A stretch of 61,400 bases of DNA. Source: Xylographa opegraphella (lineage: Eukaryota). Position 1 is the first letter of the stretch. Every line of letters starts with the position of its first letter. Shown piece after piece: positions 23,980 to 37,177 of this stretch. The stretch lies in assembly GCA_022813865.1 (NCBI GenBank), contig JALDZX010000044.1:124001-185400 (forward strand), given 5' to 3'. The position numbers were made by a program, and so were the translations under genes. The notes below the pieces were generated by a model. It saw nothing but the letters and a program-made list of their open reading frames with translations. It was not told the DNA's origin and searched no databases.

Positions 23980-25954
23980 GAGTCGGTGGATTATTCCCCG
24001 AGCAACTGCTTCTGGCTTGCATGCATTTGGTGGGGTGCAGCTTTTGCGGGGAAACGCACGCAGGCCGGAATATAATCCTCCAATACGAGAATGACTTCTT
24101 GTGAGAGCTTGTGAGGGGTACGGTCAAGCGCGCAATATCCGACGGGCTGACGAAAGCATCTTGGAAGGATTGCTCAACCTGAGGAGTAACTACTCTGAAG
24201 TCGGCAAAACTGCACAGGCGACGCAAGGAAGGATGACACAACGTGTCAAGGTTATGAAGCGGACGGACTCGAATGAACGATCTGAATTTAAAATCTGATA
24301 TCCCGAGTTTGCCAATACTCACAATAGGTTCCTTGACATCGACCAAAGTCAAGACCGGCTGGCATCTGAGCGTTAGCACCATAGGATTGTTGTTCTGGAG
24401 GCGACAAAACTGCAGTCACTGGCCACGGAAGGATTGGCCAACGAAGTATTGGAACTACATACGCGCAACAAGAGCTATGTTGCGACACCTAGACTACCAT
24501 TTACGTTATTGAACAACCTCGAAGAACGGATCTCAATAAGCGTTATGCGTAGTGGTCCGTAGACCTTGGTGAACAGCCGCCATTAATTGTACTACTGCTC
24601 AAGTAGGGTAGGGAGCCGTATTATTGCACTACCACCAACTGGGAACATGCTCTCTGGCCCAGTCGCTGCGACATCAGAACGTGCTCGGGTCAGGGTTCGG
24701 AGACATGACTGATGATTTCCGTCCAGACAGCACTCGGCGAACACAGCAGGATAAATACTCCGAGAAGATTCGCCTCGACTCACCAAAGATTGGACAGCAT
24801 ATGTGCTTGGTAGATTAAAGCTGCTGACAATGGAAGAATTGACTGGTGGAGGGTACGTGGAAAGCTTCTTATCAGAAGACAGATGTCATTGGCTGCTTTC
24901 CATAGAGGATTTGATCCACAAGGCAAAGCGAAGGAAGCCGAGGCTGGTTTCGAAGAGCAGATTACTGATCCTCTGACGAGGTCCGAGACGGTTAATTAAT
25001 GAGCGAACATCCCACAGAGAATATTCTTCCGTTGACCTCTGTTCTCCGAAGCAAGTGAGAAGTAATTATAAAGGTGCCCTGTTCATCAGTTCGTTGGACT
25101 GAAGCTATGCTTCAACAATGTGTCTCAGCGGTGGAAAGTGTGGACCAAGCTAGCTTTGTCTGTCATCAAGCATGAGATGCTGAAAGTCCAAAACCGTACG
25201 AATGCATCAACTCTCCACAAACTCTGCCTCACTGACAACAGCTCTTGTTAGAAAAGTCATACATACCCATGCTGCACAGAATGATATACACAATTCTGAA
25301 AGACCGACAAACACAGTTCTAGGACTACTAGATTCAGTCAATCCAAACGGCCCAATAGTCAGATTGGCCACAAATCGCCCCAGAAAGCTCGCCCGGAACT
25401 CACTGGTCTAGCTGAAAAAAGCCAGACTGGACATGGACTTGCTGCTTGTCAAGGTGAAGTCGTCGCCACGTTCTTACATCGAAGAAAAGTGCAGACGTGT
25501 AAGGAAAACACGCCGCAGATCAACCAACCAACAACATCGAGGTAGTCCACCACAGTAACGGTCTTCTGGCACTAGAGGAATAGCGATGCGGCGTTTGGCA
25601 ACCATGGTACCCTCGGGACGAGGTTCGATCACATGAGGAGAATGCGTCGATGTTCGGTGATGTGCTGGGATGAACGCAACAGAGCACTTGCCATTTCATC
25701 TCAAGAACTTCGACGCTGTGCTCTTCCAGCACAGAATATTGGGTATTCTGATTCCAGGAGAAATTGCTATCATGACTGGGATCCTTGGCTCAGCCGATGC
25801 TGATGGTACGATTCCATCAACGCCGGCAGAGGACAAAGGTTATCAACCCATCGTCAAGGATGAAGCGCACATCGTGGAGCTGCAAAGAAGCTATGCTCAA
25901 AAACAAGGAAGCGCTCAGAGAAGAAGAAACGCAGTTGGAGTGGACGAGGGATGA
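23980..25954 (+). pseudogene. Probable highly decayed gene relic, possibly TPR-containing
   Basis: Collinear protein-like plus-strand fragments interrupted by stops. 24883-24960 reads MSLAAFHRGFDPQGKAKEAEAGFEEQ, reminiscent of fungal TPR repeats. Confidence 0.25.
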
Positions 25955-25999
25955 GACCCAAGAGATGAGACCCAACAGATGAGACCCAAGAGATGAGCC
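25950..25999. repeat. 14-bp tandem repeat GATGAGACCCAASA, about 3.5 copies
   Basis: gatgagacccaaga gatgagacccaaca gatgagacccaaga gatgagcc. Confidence 0.9.
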
Positions 26000-26327
26000 T
26001 TCACGACCTTCCAGATCGGGACCTGTCAGCCTTAGATACATTGGTCTTAGGGTAGGTTCTCCAACGTGGAGTTAACGGCATGCTTGAGGACCGAAGTGTG
26101 AGATGGCGCACCAAGCCTCATCGATCTCGCATGCCCTGCAAGCCTGCCATGAGATTCATCTCTCATCAAACTGCCTGCTGGCCGACTTCATACCGCCGTG
26201 GTGGTTGAACGCAGTCTGTTCGACTCTGTCGGCCACGATCTCGGACCAAGTTTCGTTCTGCTGGCATGGGGCGGGCACACTAGGGGCAATAGGGGGGGGT
26301 ATGACGTACACGTCGCCCACCTGAAAT

Positions 26328-26353
26328 CCCCGGAGCCGGCGTGGGGACCCCGC
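26328..26353. promoter_or_regulatory. Cluster of SYGGRG (CreA-type) motifs upstream of the aquaglyceroporin
   Basis: ccccggag..gtggggaccccgc holds four matches on the two strands within 26 bp. Motif match only. Confidence 0.35.
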
Positions 26354-26919
26354 AGCCGTCTCCCTAAGGGCGGAAGTGAAGGCAGAAGCTTGATCGTCGA
26401 CACACCAATGGCACGCTGGCCATTACTCCAGACCAGTCCGGCACCGAGGTTCATTCTCCCCATGGGCGGTGCTCGTTCTGCGGGGAAAGCCTCTAAAGTG
26501 TCCTCAAACCACGCCGTCGCTTGTCGCAGCCATGGCCGAGAATCTGGGGATTGCTCACCATAATCCCGTCAGCACTCTGTACAGAGTCGGACGGCCTCAA
26601 CTCGACCCGGAGATGGCGCAGAAGTGCACGGCGATCATCACAGATCGAATGGGTGCGAGCGGTTCGCTTTCCATCATTCGAATAAATACCACCCACACCT
26701 GGCAGCACTCACCACTCCCGCCCGTCGACCGGCATACAGAGCAGTAGATACTATTGGTCCACCCCCGACTTCCCACGACATCCTCGGGCCTCGACCCTTG
26801 CGACCTGGCCGTGTACATTATTGACATTCTCCCCTCTCCCCAGGCGTCAAATCCTCCTGCATTTCGTCTTCACATCCTCCCAACTCGACGTGAATCTTGC
26901 AGGATCAGCGTTGCCCATC

Positions 26920-28472
26920 ATGTCGGATATGCACAGATTACACACCAACGATCGTGAGCGTTCCCCAGAACCTCGAATACTTGTTGCTCGTGTCATGACT
27001 GACCAATCCTAGTGGAGCTTGGTGCGACAGATGCCATTCAGAAGCACATCTCACGGCATGTCGTCCCTCCGGCTCGGGTCTCGCAGCGGAAATTGGACTT
27101 TGAACACGCCAGGTCATTCCGTCCATCCATGTTCGCAGGGAAAGTACTGATGAGTCTCAGACCACGATGGCTACGGGAATGTATGGCCGAGGCTACCGGA
27201 GTCTTCTTCTACGTGTATGTCGTCTACTCTCTGCACCGACCGTTCGTTAAGCGGATCGACGCGGTCGGGCGTAGAGACAACTGCTGACGCCTGACCTCAG
27301 ATTTCCCGGTATTGCCTCCGTTGCCAGTTTCACCATCAATCTGGCAAGTCCGCAGGGAGTGACAGCGTTCGGCTCGCTCTTCCAGATAGGTTGGGCTTTC
27401 GCCATTGGCATCGCCTTCGCGATTATCACATGTGCCCCAACCTCAGGAGGTCACTTTAATCCCGCGATTACGATCTGTTTTGCCATCTGGCAAGGCTTCC
27501 CGTGGAAAAAGGTCCCATATTATATCGTTTCTCAAATATTCGGAGCTTTCGTTGCCGGTCTACTGATGATGGGCATGTACTGGCCGGAAATCCAAGCATA
27601 CACTGCAGCCCTTGAGTTGAAAGATGTCCCGTTGGTGTCGAATGGCGGTCCAGCCAGCATCTTGTGCACGATTCCGGGTGCGACGCAAACAAATCTCGGA
27701 TACTTGTTCCTGACGGAATTTTTCGTTGATAGCTTCATCGTAAGTTGCTACACTATTGGCCCGATATGTCCGAAGGTCGGGAATCGGCAGTTGTGGACAC
27801 TGCTAATCTTCTGTAGGGAATTGTTATTTGGGCCGCTCTTGACCCGGCGAATCCGTTCGTATCTGCCACTTCGGCCCCTTTCATCATTGGCCTGGCATAT
27901 GCAACGATGGTCTGGGGATTTGCTGGAATTTCCATTTCAACCAACCTTGCTCGTGACTTGGGCACCCGAATGGTGGCTGCCATCTTCTACGGGCCCACCG
28001 TATTCTCCATTGACAACTACTCCTGGATCGCCATCCTCGTGAACGTGCCTGCGACAATTTTCGCAACCGCATACTATGAGTTCTTGATGAGAGACAGCAT
28101 CCAAAGAATTGGCGCTGGGCACGCCGTGCATGAAGAAGGAGATGAAGGACTTGTGAGGCATTTCACTAACGTAAGTTCTTTGGTGCCTGTCGGCCGGCTT
28201 TCATGCTGTAATTCTGCTGATCCGAACCCAATACCCGGCTTTTTGAAAAGAACTCCTGCTGCAATAACACTTGAGCAATCCCTCATCCTGTGTTTGTTTT
28301 GCGTTGCCGTCTCAATAACCATGACATGAGTATATGCTGACTATCTTATTCCTAGCGTGGCTTGATAGAAGGAGGAACCACGAACATGCTACAAGGTAAT
28401 GGCAGTGGATCGGACGAGTATGAGACTGGCAAGCGAGAGCACGGTTACCTTGATTCCCACGGTGCCAAATAG
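26920..28472 (+). CDS. Aquaglyceroporin (MIP family), multi-exon
   Basis: 'LRECMAEATGVFFYVFPG', loop B 'SGGHFNPAIT', loop E 'STNLARDLGTR' (Asp after Arg is the glyceroporin signature). Last exon follows a ~185-nt intron and ends TAG at 28472. Confidence 0.93.
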
Positions 28473-29258
28473 ATATGGATACTCTTATTAAAAGACATTC
28501 CTAATATTCCGCCAACTCGCCGATCCAACGGTCCATACAACAACGGCATCCTGAACAAGCTTATATAACAGCTACCTTTTTAGACGACCAGTTGAGCATA
28601 GTCTCTTGTAATTACTATAATCAACAAGTATCGTATATCATGAAACTTAATGCGTTCGAGTAGAGATAAAGCTGCCACAAATGTCGCCGATGCATGATGA
28701 ATTTGTGCCAGTTCTGGTGTTTCAGGGTCGTTCGCGGTGGAGGTAGAAGCGGAAGCCCCGGGGCAGTTTAGTCAGCGACCGCTAAACTCTTTTCTTCAGA
28801 GCCGTTATTCGCAGCCACAGCATAACCCATCTTACAACCATTCCAGCCGCATCAACCAGTGGCGCTCTCGGCCTCCTGGAAATATTCTCAGTACTCAGTA
28901 CGCGTTATATAAGCGGCCTTGGGCCTTGCGGCGAAGTCATGGTTGTCCATTTGTTCGGCTGTGCATTTCTTTCTGCCACGCAACACGTTCAAACATTTTG
29001 AAAAAAACCAACAATGCTAACTCGTAAGCGTTGGAGGGTTTGCGCAGCGCAGCAACCTCATCCACTTTTCACTAATCATGTCCTGTCCTCTATTTCCTTG
29101 TTTTGCAAAACTGATTCCGAGCTTTCTCCTTTCCTCCTTTCCTCATTGACTGCCAGAGAGCGACAAAAAGTGCAGGTCTCTTTGATGTTTTGAGCTGTAT
29201 ATTGCTACAACCGTGATTGCAGCTGCTGTCCTGACTTACTCCACCACCGTCCCTCATT

Positions 29259-31189
29259 ATGCGGCGGGGCGGCACGATCCCCTCAGCCATCCATACAAAG
29301 GAATCTGAACTTGATCAAGATGATTCTGCCTTTGGAGAGGCCTCTCCGTTTCTGTTCAACTCTGGCTCAACCTCCGACGAGAAGAGGAACCCTGAGGAGG
29401 AAGCCAGATCGCAACGGATGCGAAGATGGGTTATCCTGCTTATAGTCGGTCTTATTGTGTCGGTCGACCTGCCTTCGGTCTTACAATCGTCGCCGACCGT
29501 TCGTATCATTGAAGACATCTATTGTCGAGCATACTACCAGAAAAATGACCCGAGCAAGTTCGGACAGGGCGGCACGATCGAGGAATCACTTTGCAAGGTT
29601 GATTCTGTGCAGGCCGAATTGGCGTTTTTGAAAGGGTGGATGAGTTTCTTCAACCATTTACCTGGTATGTTCTTTTGCAAGTTGGGCTTCTTCACATTGG
29701 ACACCCTTTCTGACAACTTCCCAATCGAATAGGCTTGTTCCTTGCTATACCGTTCGGGATGATGGCAGACAAATATGGAAGGAAATGGCTACTCGTTGCG
29801 AATGTTATACAAATGCAATTACGATCTTGCTGGATTTATCTCATTTGTGAGTTCAGACCCTAGATTTTACCTCCATACCACTTTGCTTGGTTTATCTAGC
29901 GAAGATATATTACATGTTGTGCGAGACCAAATACTGACTGTGTAACGATTAGTATATTTCCCAAATTTCTTCCTTATCAAGCTCATTTGGCTGGAGGCTG
30001 CCCTCGGCATCTTCGGCGGTGGCTCCATGGTTGCGACTGCCATGCTATTTGTGATTATATCCGACGTTACTCCCTCGTCTCAAACGTTAGTTGTGGCCTG
30101 CAGATTGCATATTCGAGTATCTGAGAATTACTCTAACTTTTTCTGATTAGGGCCAGCACTTTCTTCCGTTTGGGAGCGGCGAACTTCCTTTGCTTTCTCG
30201 TGGCACCTCCGCTTGCTGCGCGTCTGATGGAGATCTCCCCGTGGATTCCACTCTCCATCGGCCTTGTACTACAGGCTGTTGCAATCCCTGTGACTATGGC
30301 CCTCCCAGAGACTTTAGGCTTCCGTAAACCGACAGATCCTACTCCGCCGACACCAAAGCGCTTTTCCGCAAGTAATGAGAAAATCGAGCCCGAGAGGCCC
30401 ATGACTGCTACTGAGCCGTCAATGCGGCTTTCGAATGGAAGCTTCGCCGATACTGTACGATCGGTCCTCGCCTCATTCATTCTGAACTCTGCTTTCCTTT
30501 TCAAAGACTGGCGTATTCTGTTTTTCGGCATTACTTACCCCGTCCGTATGTTGGCCAGCCCGCTCGGTTCTCTACTCTTGCAGTACGTTTCCAAACGATA
30601 CCAGTGGACGCTCGCTCGTGTGACCTATATTTCCAGCTTTGAGGCCGGCATGTCTATGATCGCATTGCTCTTCCTCTTCCCAAGCTTGTCTACCTACTTG
30701 CTCAAGAAGAAAGGCCTCAACGTATCCCGGAAGGATCTCATGCTTGCTCGAATCGGTGTCTCAGCCACAGCGATTGGTATCATGCTCACCGGATTCGCAC
30801 CCACTATTTTCATCCTGTTTGTCGGAATGGGCATCAGCTCCTTGGGTTCCGGTGCTGGTTCTGCGACTCGCGCTCTACTGACAAGCTATGTTCAACAAAA
30901 CGAGGTTGCAAGATTGTACACTGCCCTCAGTATCGTTGAAACGCTAGGTCTCACAGCTGGAGGGCCAGTCGTTGCGGGCTTGTTCAGTATGGGTATGGAG
31001 AATGTCAAAAGTGGCAGATACGGCGACGCGTGGCTTGGCCTGCCATATTTCCTGGTCGGGATTTTGCTCAGTCTGGTAGCAGCTCTAATGTGGATGCTGA
31101 AGCTAGCAGACGTCCCACGGCAAAAAATCGAGGAGGAAGGCCCTGAAGACATAGCAGCGGAGGCGGTTGGAGAATTTCGAGAGAAGTAG
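29259..31189 (+). CDS. MFS transporter, multi-exon
   Basis: 'RIIEDIYCRAYY...EESLCKVDSVQAELAFLKGW', motif A 'GMMADKYGRK', 12-TM-like hydrophobicity. GT-AG introns between 29665 and 30150. Confidence 0.92.
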
Positions 31190-32339
31190 GACTGATAGTA
31201 ACAAGCCCACCGACAGGATTCCCATTATCAGTATCAAGCTGTATCAGTATGTTGATACGTCATCGGCTAGTCTACTACCCGAGTGTTGCTGCTATTAGCA
31301 TGGCGTATGGGTCGGCACTTCACCTGTATCTACTGGATTTGGGCCGCGGTGGCATTCACCGTCCAGGAGTATGTTTGATACAACCGGTCAAGGTGGAAGG
31401 TCTTTTCGTGCTTGTCAGAACAATAATGACATTCTTGTTTGGTATCCCAAGTCAGGACAGAGATTCCATGAGAATCAGTCTGACTCCTGGTAGAGTCTCA
31501 AATGTGGCAAAGAATTTTGTCGCAACAGATATGCATTGACGCAAAACATAATACCGAGTCTCTACTGTAAATTACTTGCTGGGGTTATGTGAGAGTTCTT
31601 GGAAATCCCATTGTTTGCCATGATGGCCAATTCTTCAGAACTTAGGGCTTCAAAAGCGTCCCAAGCCCTAAGAGTGCGTCATCCGCGCTAAAAGGAGGAA
31701 GTTCGCCTAACAGCCCACAAAAGCTTATTGCGTCAGAGTTTCAACGTCCCTGCACTAAATTATATCCCGGATGGGGGATAAAGTGCGGAGTGTTCCTGCG
31801 AACAACGGATTGATTCTTGTCGCTTTGAAACCACGGCGTTCGAGTACCCACAACACAAGCGTTATGCTTTAACAGGCAGGAAGGTAACAAGTGTGTGCCG
31901 TTCTCTGTCATACCGAGTACGTAAAAAGATGTCACAACGTGGATTTGTGAAGGCGGAAACTTTATGAGGAGCACTCGCCGCCATTCGCCAGCTTGGCGGT
32001 GCGATAAGAAGACACGCCATTTACATAATCCATTTGCAGATCGGGGATGTCATGGCAGTTTCTAACGGTACCCAGCATTTGCTCAATGGCTGCGTACCTC
32101 CCTGTCACAGATTGTCTGGCCCGCCTTGGCCTCACTAATTGGCTATGATCTCGGGCTTCCATCGTGGTCTCTTTGGCGGACCCGCTATGGCAATCGTCAG
32201 AGGAAGAACTGGAACTGCTTATCAATAAATATAAACACGAGCCATAGGCAGCTCATCGCATCTGATGACTGCGTGAGCTGGCCTGCCAGCAGTTACTCGC
32301 CACCACGTCTGCAACTGCGGATTCCATCACTCAATTACC

Positions 32340-33966
32340 ATGGACCAGAACAGCCCCACTCACAGCTGGGTCCCCGATTTTCTGCGATCCTCAACAACGA
32401 AGATCTCGGACCCGAATGCCACACCGCCCAACGAGACGTCCAGCCTGTTGCCCAAAACGCACAATGGCTCAGATACTTCACAAAGTCAGGAGGTCGGAGA
32501 GGTTTACGACCTGGAAGATGGAGGCAAATCGAGGACTCGGCTGATATATGACGAATTCGTGCTGCTATTGCGAGGGTCGATACCGGTCATCCTTGCATAC
32601 TCACTTCAAAACTCCCTGCAGACCATATCGGTGGTTATTGTAGGAAGGGACAGCCCAGAAGACCTGGCGACGGCTGCTTTTGCCTACATGTTTGCCATGA
32701 GCACAGCCTGGCTCATTGCTCTGGGAGGCACAACCGCACTGGATACTCTGTGCTCCTCTAGCTTCACAGGCAGCAAGAACCCGCACGAACTTGGCATTCT
32801 CCTCCAGCGAGCTTTTATCATACTCGGACTATTCTACATTCCTGTCTGCATCCTATGGATCTTTTCCGAGCCTGTCTTTCTCGCACTTGGTCAGGATGCA
32901 CAGATATCTAGGGATAGCGCACGATTCTTGAGTTGCCTGATCCCTGGTGGACTTGGCTACATATACTTCGAAGCGCTCAAGAAGTACCTTCAAGCTCAAG
33001 GTATGAATTACAACATTAATAGCGGTGGGTTCTTGCTGACAAGTTGCAGAGATCATGAGACCTGGATCTTATGTCTTGCTCATCACTTCTCCGATCAATG
33101 CAGGTCTAAACTTCCTTCTGGTATACACATTTGGATTCGGTCTCCTGGGTGCCCCTATCGCAACAGGAATCTCTTACTGGCTCTCTTTCCTGCTACTTCT
33201 GGCCTATGCTCGGTTCATCCAGGGTTGGGATGCATGGGGAGGCTGGTCCAAGAAATGTCTTCATCACTCGGGGGTTTTTGCGCGGCTTGCGATTCTGGGA
33301 ATTGTGCACGTTGGCACCGAATGGTGGGCATTCGAGATAGTTGCATTGGCGGCCGGGAGGCTCGGTACCATTTCTCTTGCTGCGCAGAGCGTCATCATGA
33401 CTTCTGACCAAGTCATGAACACGATTCCATTCGGAGTGGGCGTGGCAACGAGCGCGCGGGTGGGGAATCTCCTGGGAGCGAAGAATGCCAAGGGAGCGGC
33501 CAGAGCCGCGAACACGGCGGCATGGCTGAGCATGCTCCTCGGGGCCATCGTGGGCATCATCCTCATGGGCACCCGGAATCACTTTGCCAAGATCTTCAAC
33601 GACGACGTCCGCGTGGTGGAGTTGACGGCCGAAGTCCTGCCGTACGTGGCCCTGTTCCAGATTGCGGACGGGCTGAATGGCAGCTGCGGGGGCAGCCTTC
33701 GAGGGATGGGTCGACAGCACATCGGGGCGGCGGTCAACCTCGTGAGCTACTACTGTGGCGCCCTGCCCCTGGGGATCTACCTGGCCTTCCACGGCTGGGG
33801 CCTGGGAGGTCTCTGGGTGGGACAATGCATCGCGCTGTACCTCGTCGGTGCGCTGGAGTGGGTGATCGTGGCGTTCAGCAATTGGGAGCACCAGGTCAAG
33901 AAGGCATTCGAACGGATGGACGAGGGCGACCGGGTCGAAAATGGGACGGAAGAACCGGAGGCATAG
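32340..33966 (+). CDS. MATE-family efflux transporter (intron ~33001-33049)
   Basis: 'ALDTLCSSSFTGS', 'KKYLQAQG|IM', 'EWWAFEIVALAAGRLG', 'RVGNLLGA', 'LRGMGRQHIGAAVNLVSYY'. Confidence 0.95.
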
Positions 33967-34696
33967 AGTTTCAATTTGCAGCGGGTCCTGGGATAACCAT
34001 ACCGTTTGGGTTCTGTAGAGCTATAGACGCAATGACGAAGATATGAACACCAAGGTCGATGTTCCGGAGCATCCCCTCGTAATCTGCTTTACCCATGTGC
34101 AGTGACTGTCTGGAACAGAGCCTCATTATGCCATCGATCGGCTTCGCGTCGCGGGACCGTTCCGATCTGTTGCTGGAATCTGTGCATCTCGGGGCCACGA
34201 GCACTTCCTGGAATACTGCATCACCTTAGGCACTTCTAGTACCTCCACCTTCCAGGTTTGCTCAGGTCCTAGCTGATCCCGGAGTAAGCTTCCCTGCTAG
34301 GACACCAGACTACGAAGCGTACCTTAGCGAGAACAGGACCTCCCTACTGTGTAATTGCCCCGCCATCGTTCGCCGGGAAAACAGCGTCGTCCGTCTACCG
34401 CTTCTCTTTGGCACTGCTGCTCTGCACTGAGACTAACACCAAGGCAGGATGGTGATGCCATGCTTCTGTCTCCACCCTGCAGCGGTACGGCCTGGGTTAC
34501 CTAACAGGAACCAGTCAAGGTACGCTGATTGGCGGCCAGCCTAAGCTTCGTCGAGCAAATGCCAGGGCGCTGGAACGGGCGAGAATGAAGCGTCACTGCT
34601 GCACCTTTTTCTGTTCAAGAGAGCTTTCCTTCTTCTTCTTCTTCCTCTTCCTCCTCTGCTTGATCATTACTTCACCTGTATACATAAAAGCGCAAC

Positions 34697-36222
34697 ATGT
34701 TAAATCCAATCCTTTCACTGGCAGTGCTGGCTGCAAGTGTCGCTGCACACGGCGACCATGAACAGCAGCCCGTTGCTGGCCCCCACAAGAGCTTGTGGTA
34801 CAATACCTTGCCTGGAGACGGAGGAACTCAGGTACGATCGAGGAAGTCGACAGAGATACTATAGCCGCATTCTGACTGGTCAATTGCAGGCCGACTCGGT
34901 GTTCTCTGGCATCTCGACTTTTGGTCGGCTGCCGTATTTTCCTTGCCTTGCCAGTGACGAGGAGAAGTACGACATTGCGTTCATAGGTAAGAGAGCGTGC
35001 TCCCTGCATTGGCATGCCGGGTGTGATTGACAAGGCTCATTTTCAGGTGCCCCATTCGATACTGGCACCTCCTACCGGCCGGGAGCTCGTTTCGGACCCA
35101 ATGGCATCAGACAAGGTTCTCGCCGTCTCAACCTATAGTACGTTCCCTTGCGAGCATACGCTTACTTTTACCGCTCTTTTCCAAAGGCTCACGCAAGGTT
35201 CGTTTCAGCGGCGGGTACAATGTACCCCTTGACGCCAACCCGTTCAACAGCTGGGCCACGGTGCTGGACTGCGGAGATATCCCCGTAACTTCGTAAGCAT
35301 GAGCCATCCGGTCAAGAATCAAATATTGACGGGCGGCTAGATACGACAACGCCTACGCCATTCACCAGATCGAAGAAGGCCACAACAGCATTCTATCGCG
35401 ATCTCCAGCCACAGACGCCCACAAGAAAGGGCCCTCCCTCAAAGGCACGACCCTTCCTCGTGTCATCACCCTGGGTGGTGATCATACCATTACGCTACCT
35501 CTGCTCCGAAGTATCAACCGCTCATACGGCCCGATAAGTGTCATCCATTTCGATTCCCATCTGTATGTTCAACCTCCAACTGGACCGATATCTTCGCTAA
35601 CAACTTCCCAGCGATACCTGGAAGCCCAAGGTCTTTGGAGGTGCTCCGACCAAGCAAGCCTCTATCAACCACGGGACCTACTTCTACCATGCCCACGAAG
35701 AGGGTCTCCTCGCCAATGACACCAACATCCATGCCGGTATCCGCACGACCCTCTCCGGACTTAGCGACTATGATAACGATGGTTACTGCGGCTTTGAGAT
35801 TGTTGAAGCCAGGGAAATCGATACCATCGGTATGCATGGCATCATCAAGAAGATCAAAGACCGTGTCGGTACCAAAAAACCTGTCTACCTGAGTATTGAT
35901 ATCGATACTTTGGACCCAGCTTGTATGCATCACTTCGTTTGTTCGTTCCCTAGTACATACTGATAATCTCTTAATAGTCGCCCCTGCGACCGGTACACCT
36001 GAAACAGGCGGCTGGTCGACCCGTGAGCTGCGTACCATCATCCGTGGTCTGGAAGGCATCAACTTCGTCGCTGCCGACATCGTCGAGGTCGCGCCTGCCT
36101 ATGACACCAACGCCGAGCATACGACAATGGCAGCTGCGGACGTACTTTTCGAAGTCATGAGTCTGATGGTGAAGAAGGGGCCACTCAGTGCGACCGTTGA
36201 GGCGGATGAGGCTGACGAATGA
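34697..36222 (+). CDS. Ureohydrolase: agmatinase / 4-guanidinobutyrase-like, with N-terminal signal peptide, multi-exon
   Basis: [21 protein letters not shown]; '[22 protein letters not shown]', 'LGGDHTI', 'HFDSHLDTW', '[10 protein letters not shown]', '[10 protein letters not shown]', '[10 protein letters not shown]'. Confidence 0.93.
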
Positions 36223-37177
36223 GAAATGAGTTTTGGAAAGGAGGTTGGTGGTTGGAAAGGTAATGGCAATGCGAGGAAAGCTGTAGATGATGGGGACTAG
36301 CATGATGGCTAAATAGGTGGCGAGATAGACTCCCGGTTGATATCTAGGATACTCCTCGTTCGATGTCTCAATCATATCTTAGGTATGGAGCTAGAGCGTT
36401 CTTCAAAACTTGTGTTCAACCCTTGCACTATTATATAATGTCACTTGCGAATGCCCTACCATACCCTTACTCTATATACCGCGGTTTCTCGGTTCTGCAT
36501 CTTGGGCAGAATCTCATCTCTTCAATGCAATGGGTTGGCTCGAAATGCGAAGTGTTCTCGGAAGAGGCGACATTTGGGATTTGGGGCCTTCATCGCTAGA
36601 GTATACTATAGAATCTGCCAGGTACCTAGAATAATACTACCTTGTAGCCGAAGCTGTATCCAGCATCCACAAACCCCAAGGTAACTCCGACAATCCATGT
36701 CATAATTATCCGGCTCGTCGTCTTTCCCCACACCCAATGCTTCTGCGTTCAAATCATGTCCAGCTCGTTCAACAACATCGCTGACTTCACGACCGGACGG
36801 ATCCTGCTCAGAAGGGGGCTGGCATTTACAGAATTAGCTACGCGACACACCCGTGGACTTCTACCGATTCGTTGCGGACCAAGGCTACTCTGCAGAAGCC
36901 GCAATGCGTGTGCAAAAGGGAACCGATCGGTCCTCCCAACCCGTGGATATTTGCTAACTCTAAGCTAGAGCTTTGAACACGAGCGAGTGCGACGAGGAGA
37001 TTCGTCAAGATCATCTACACACCTTGGCTGTTCCCAAGTCCATATCCAAAGCCGGCTTTCCACGTCCACTCGTAGTCCTCATCGTGTCCCTCGTTCCTCA
37101 TGCCCTCGTTTCCCCTTTCTGCATCCTTCGAGTCTTCCCAGGGCCGGTATCGACAACGCAATAAACCCCCATGATCC

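Noticed and set aside
25950..25999. Repeat array considered as CRISPR-like
   Set aside because: No spacers, eukaryotic context; a simple minisatellite.
28171..28355. Longer last aquaglyceroporin intron considered as a stwintron
   Set aside because: Removing a putative internal intron does not reconstitute a split donor, branch point or acceptor.
33193..33891. 232-aa minus-strand ORF
   Set aside because: Antisense to the GC-rich part of the MATE gene.
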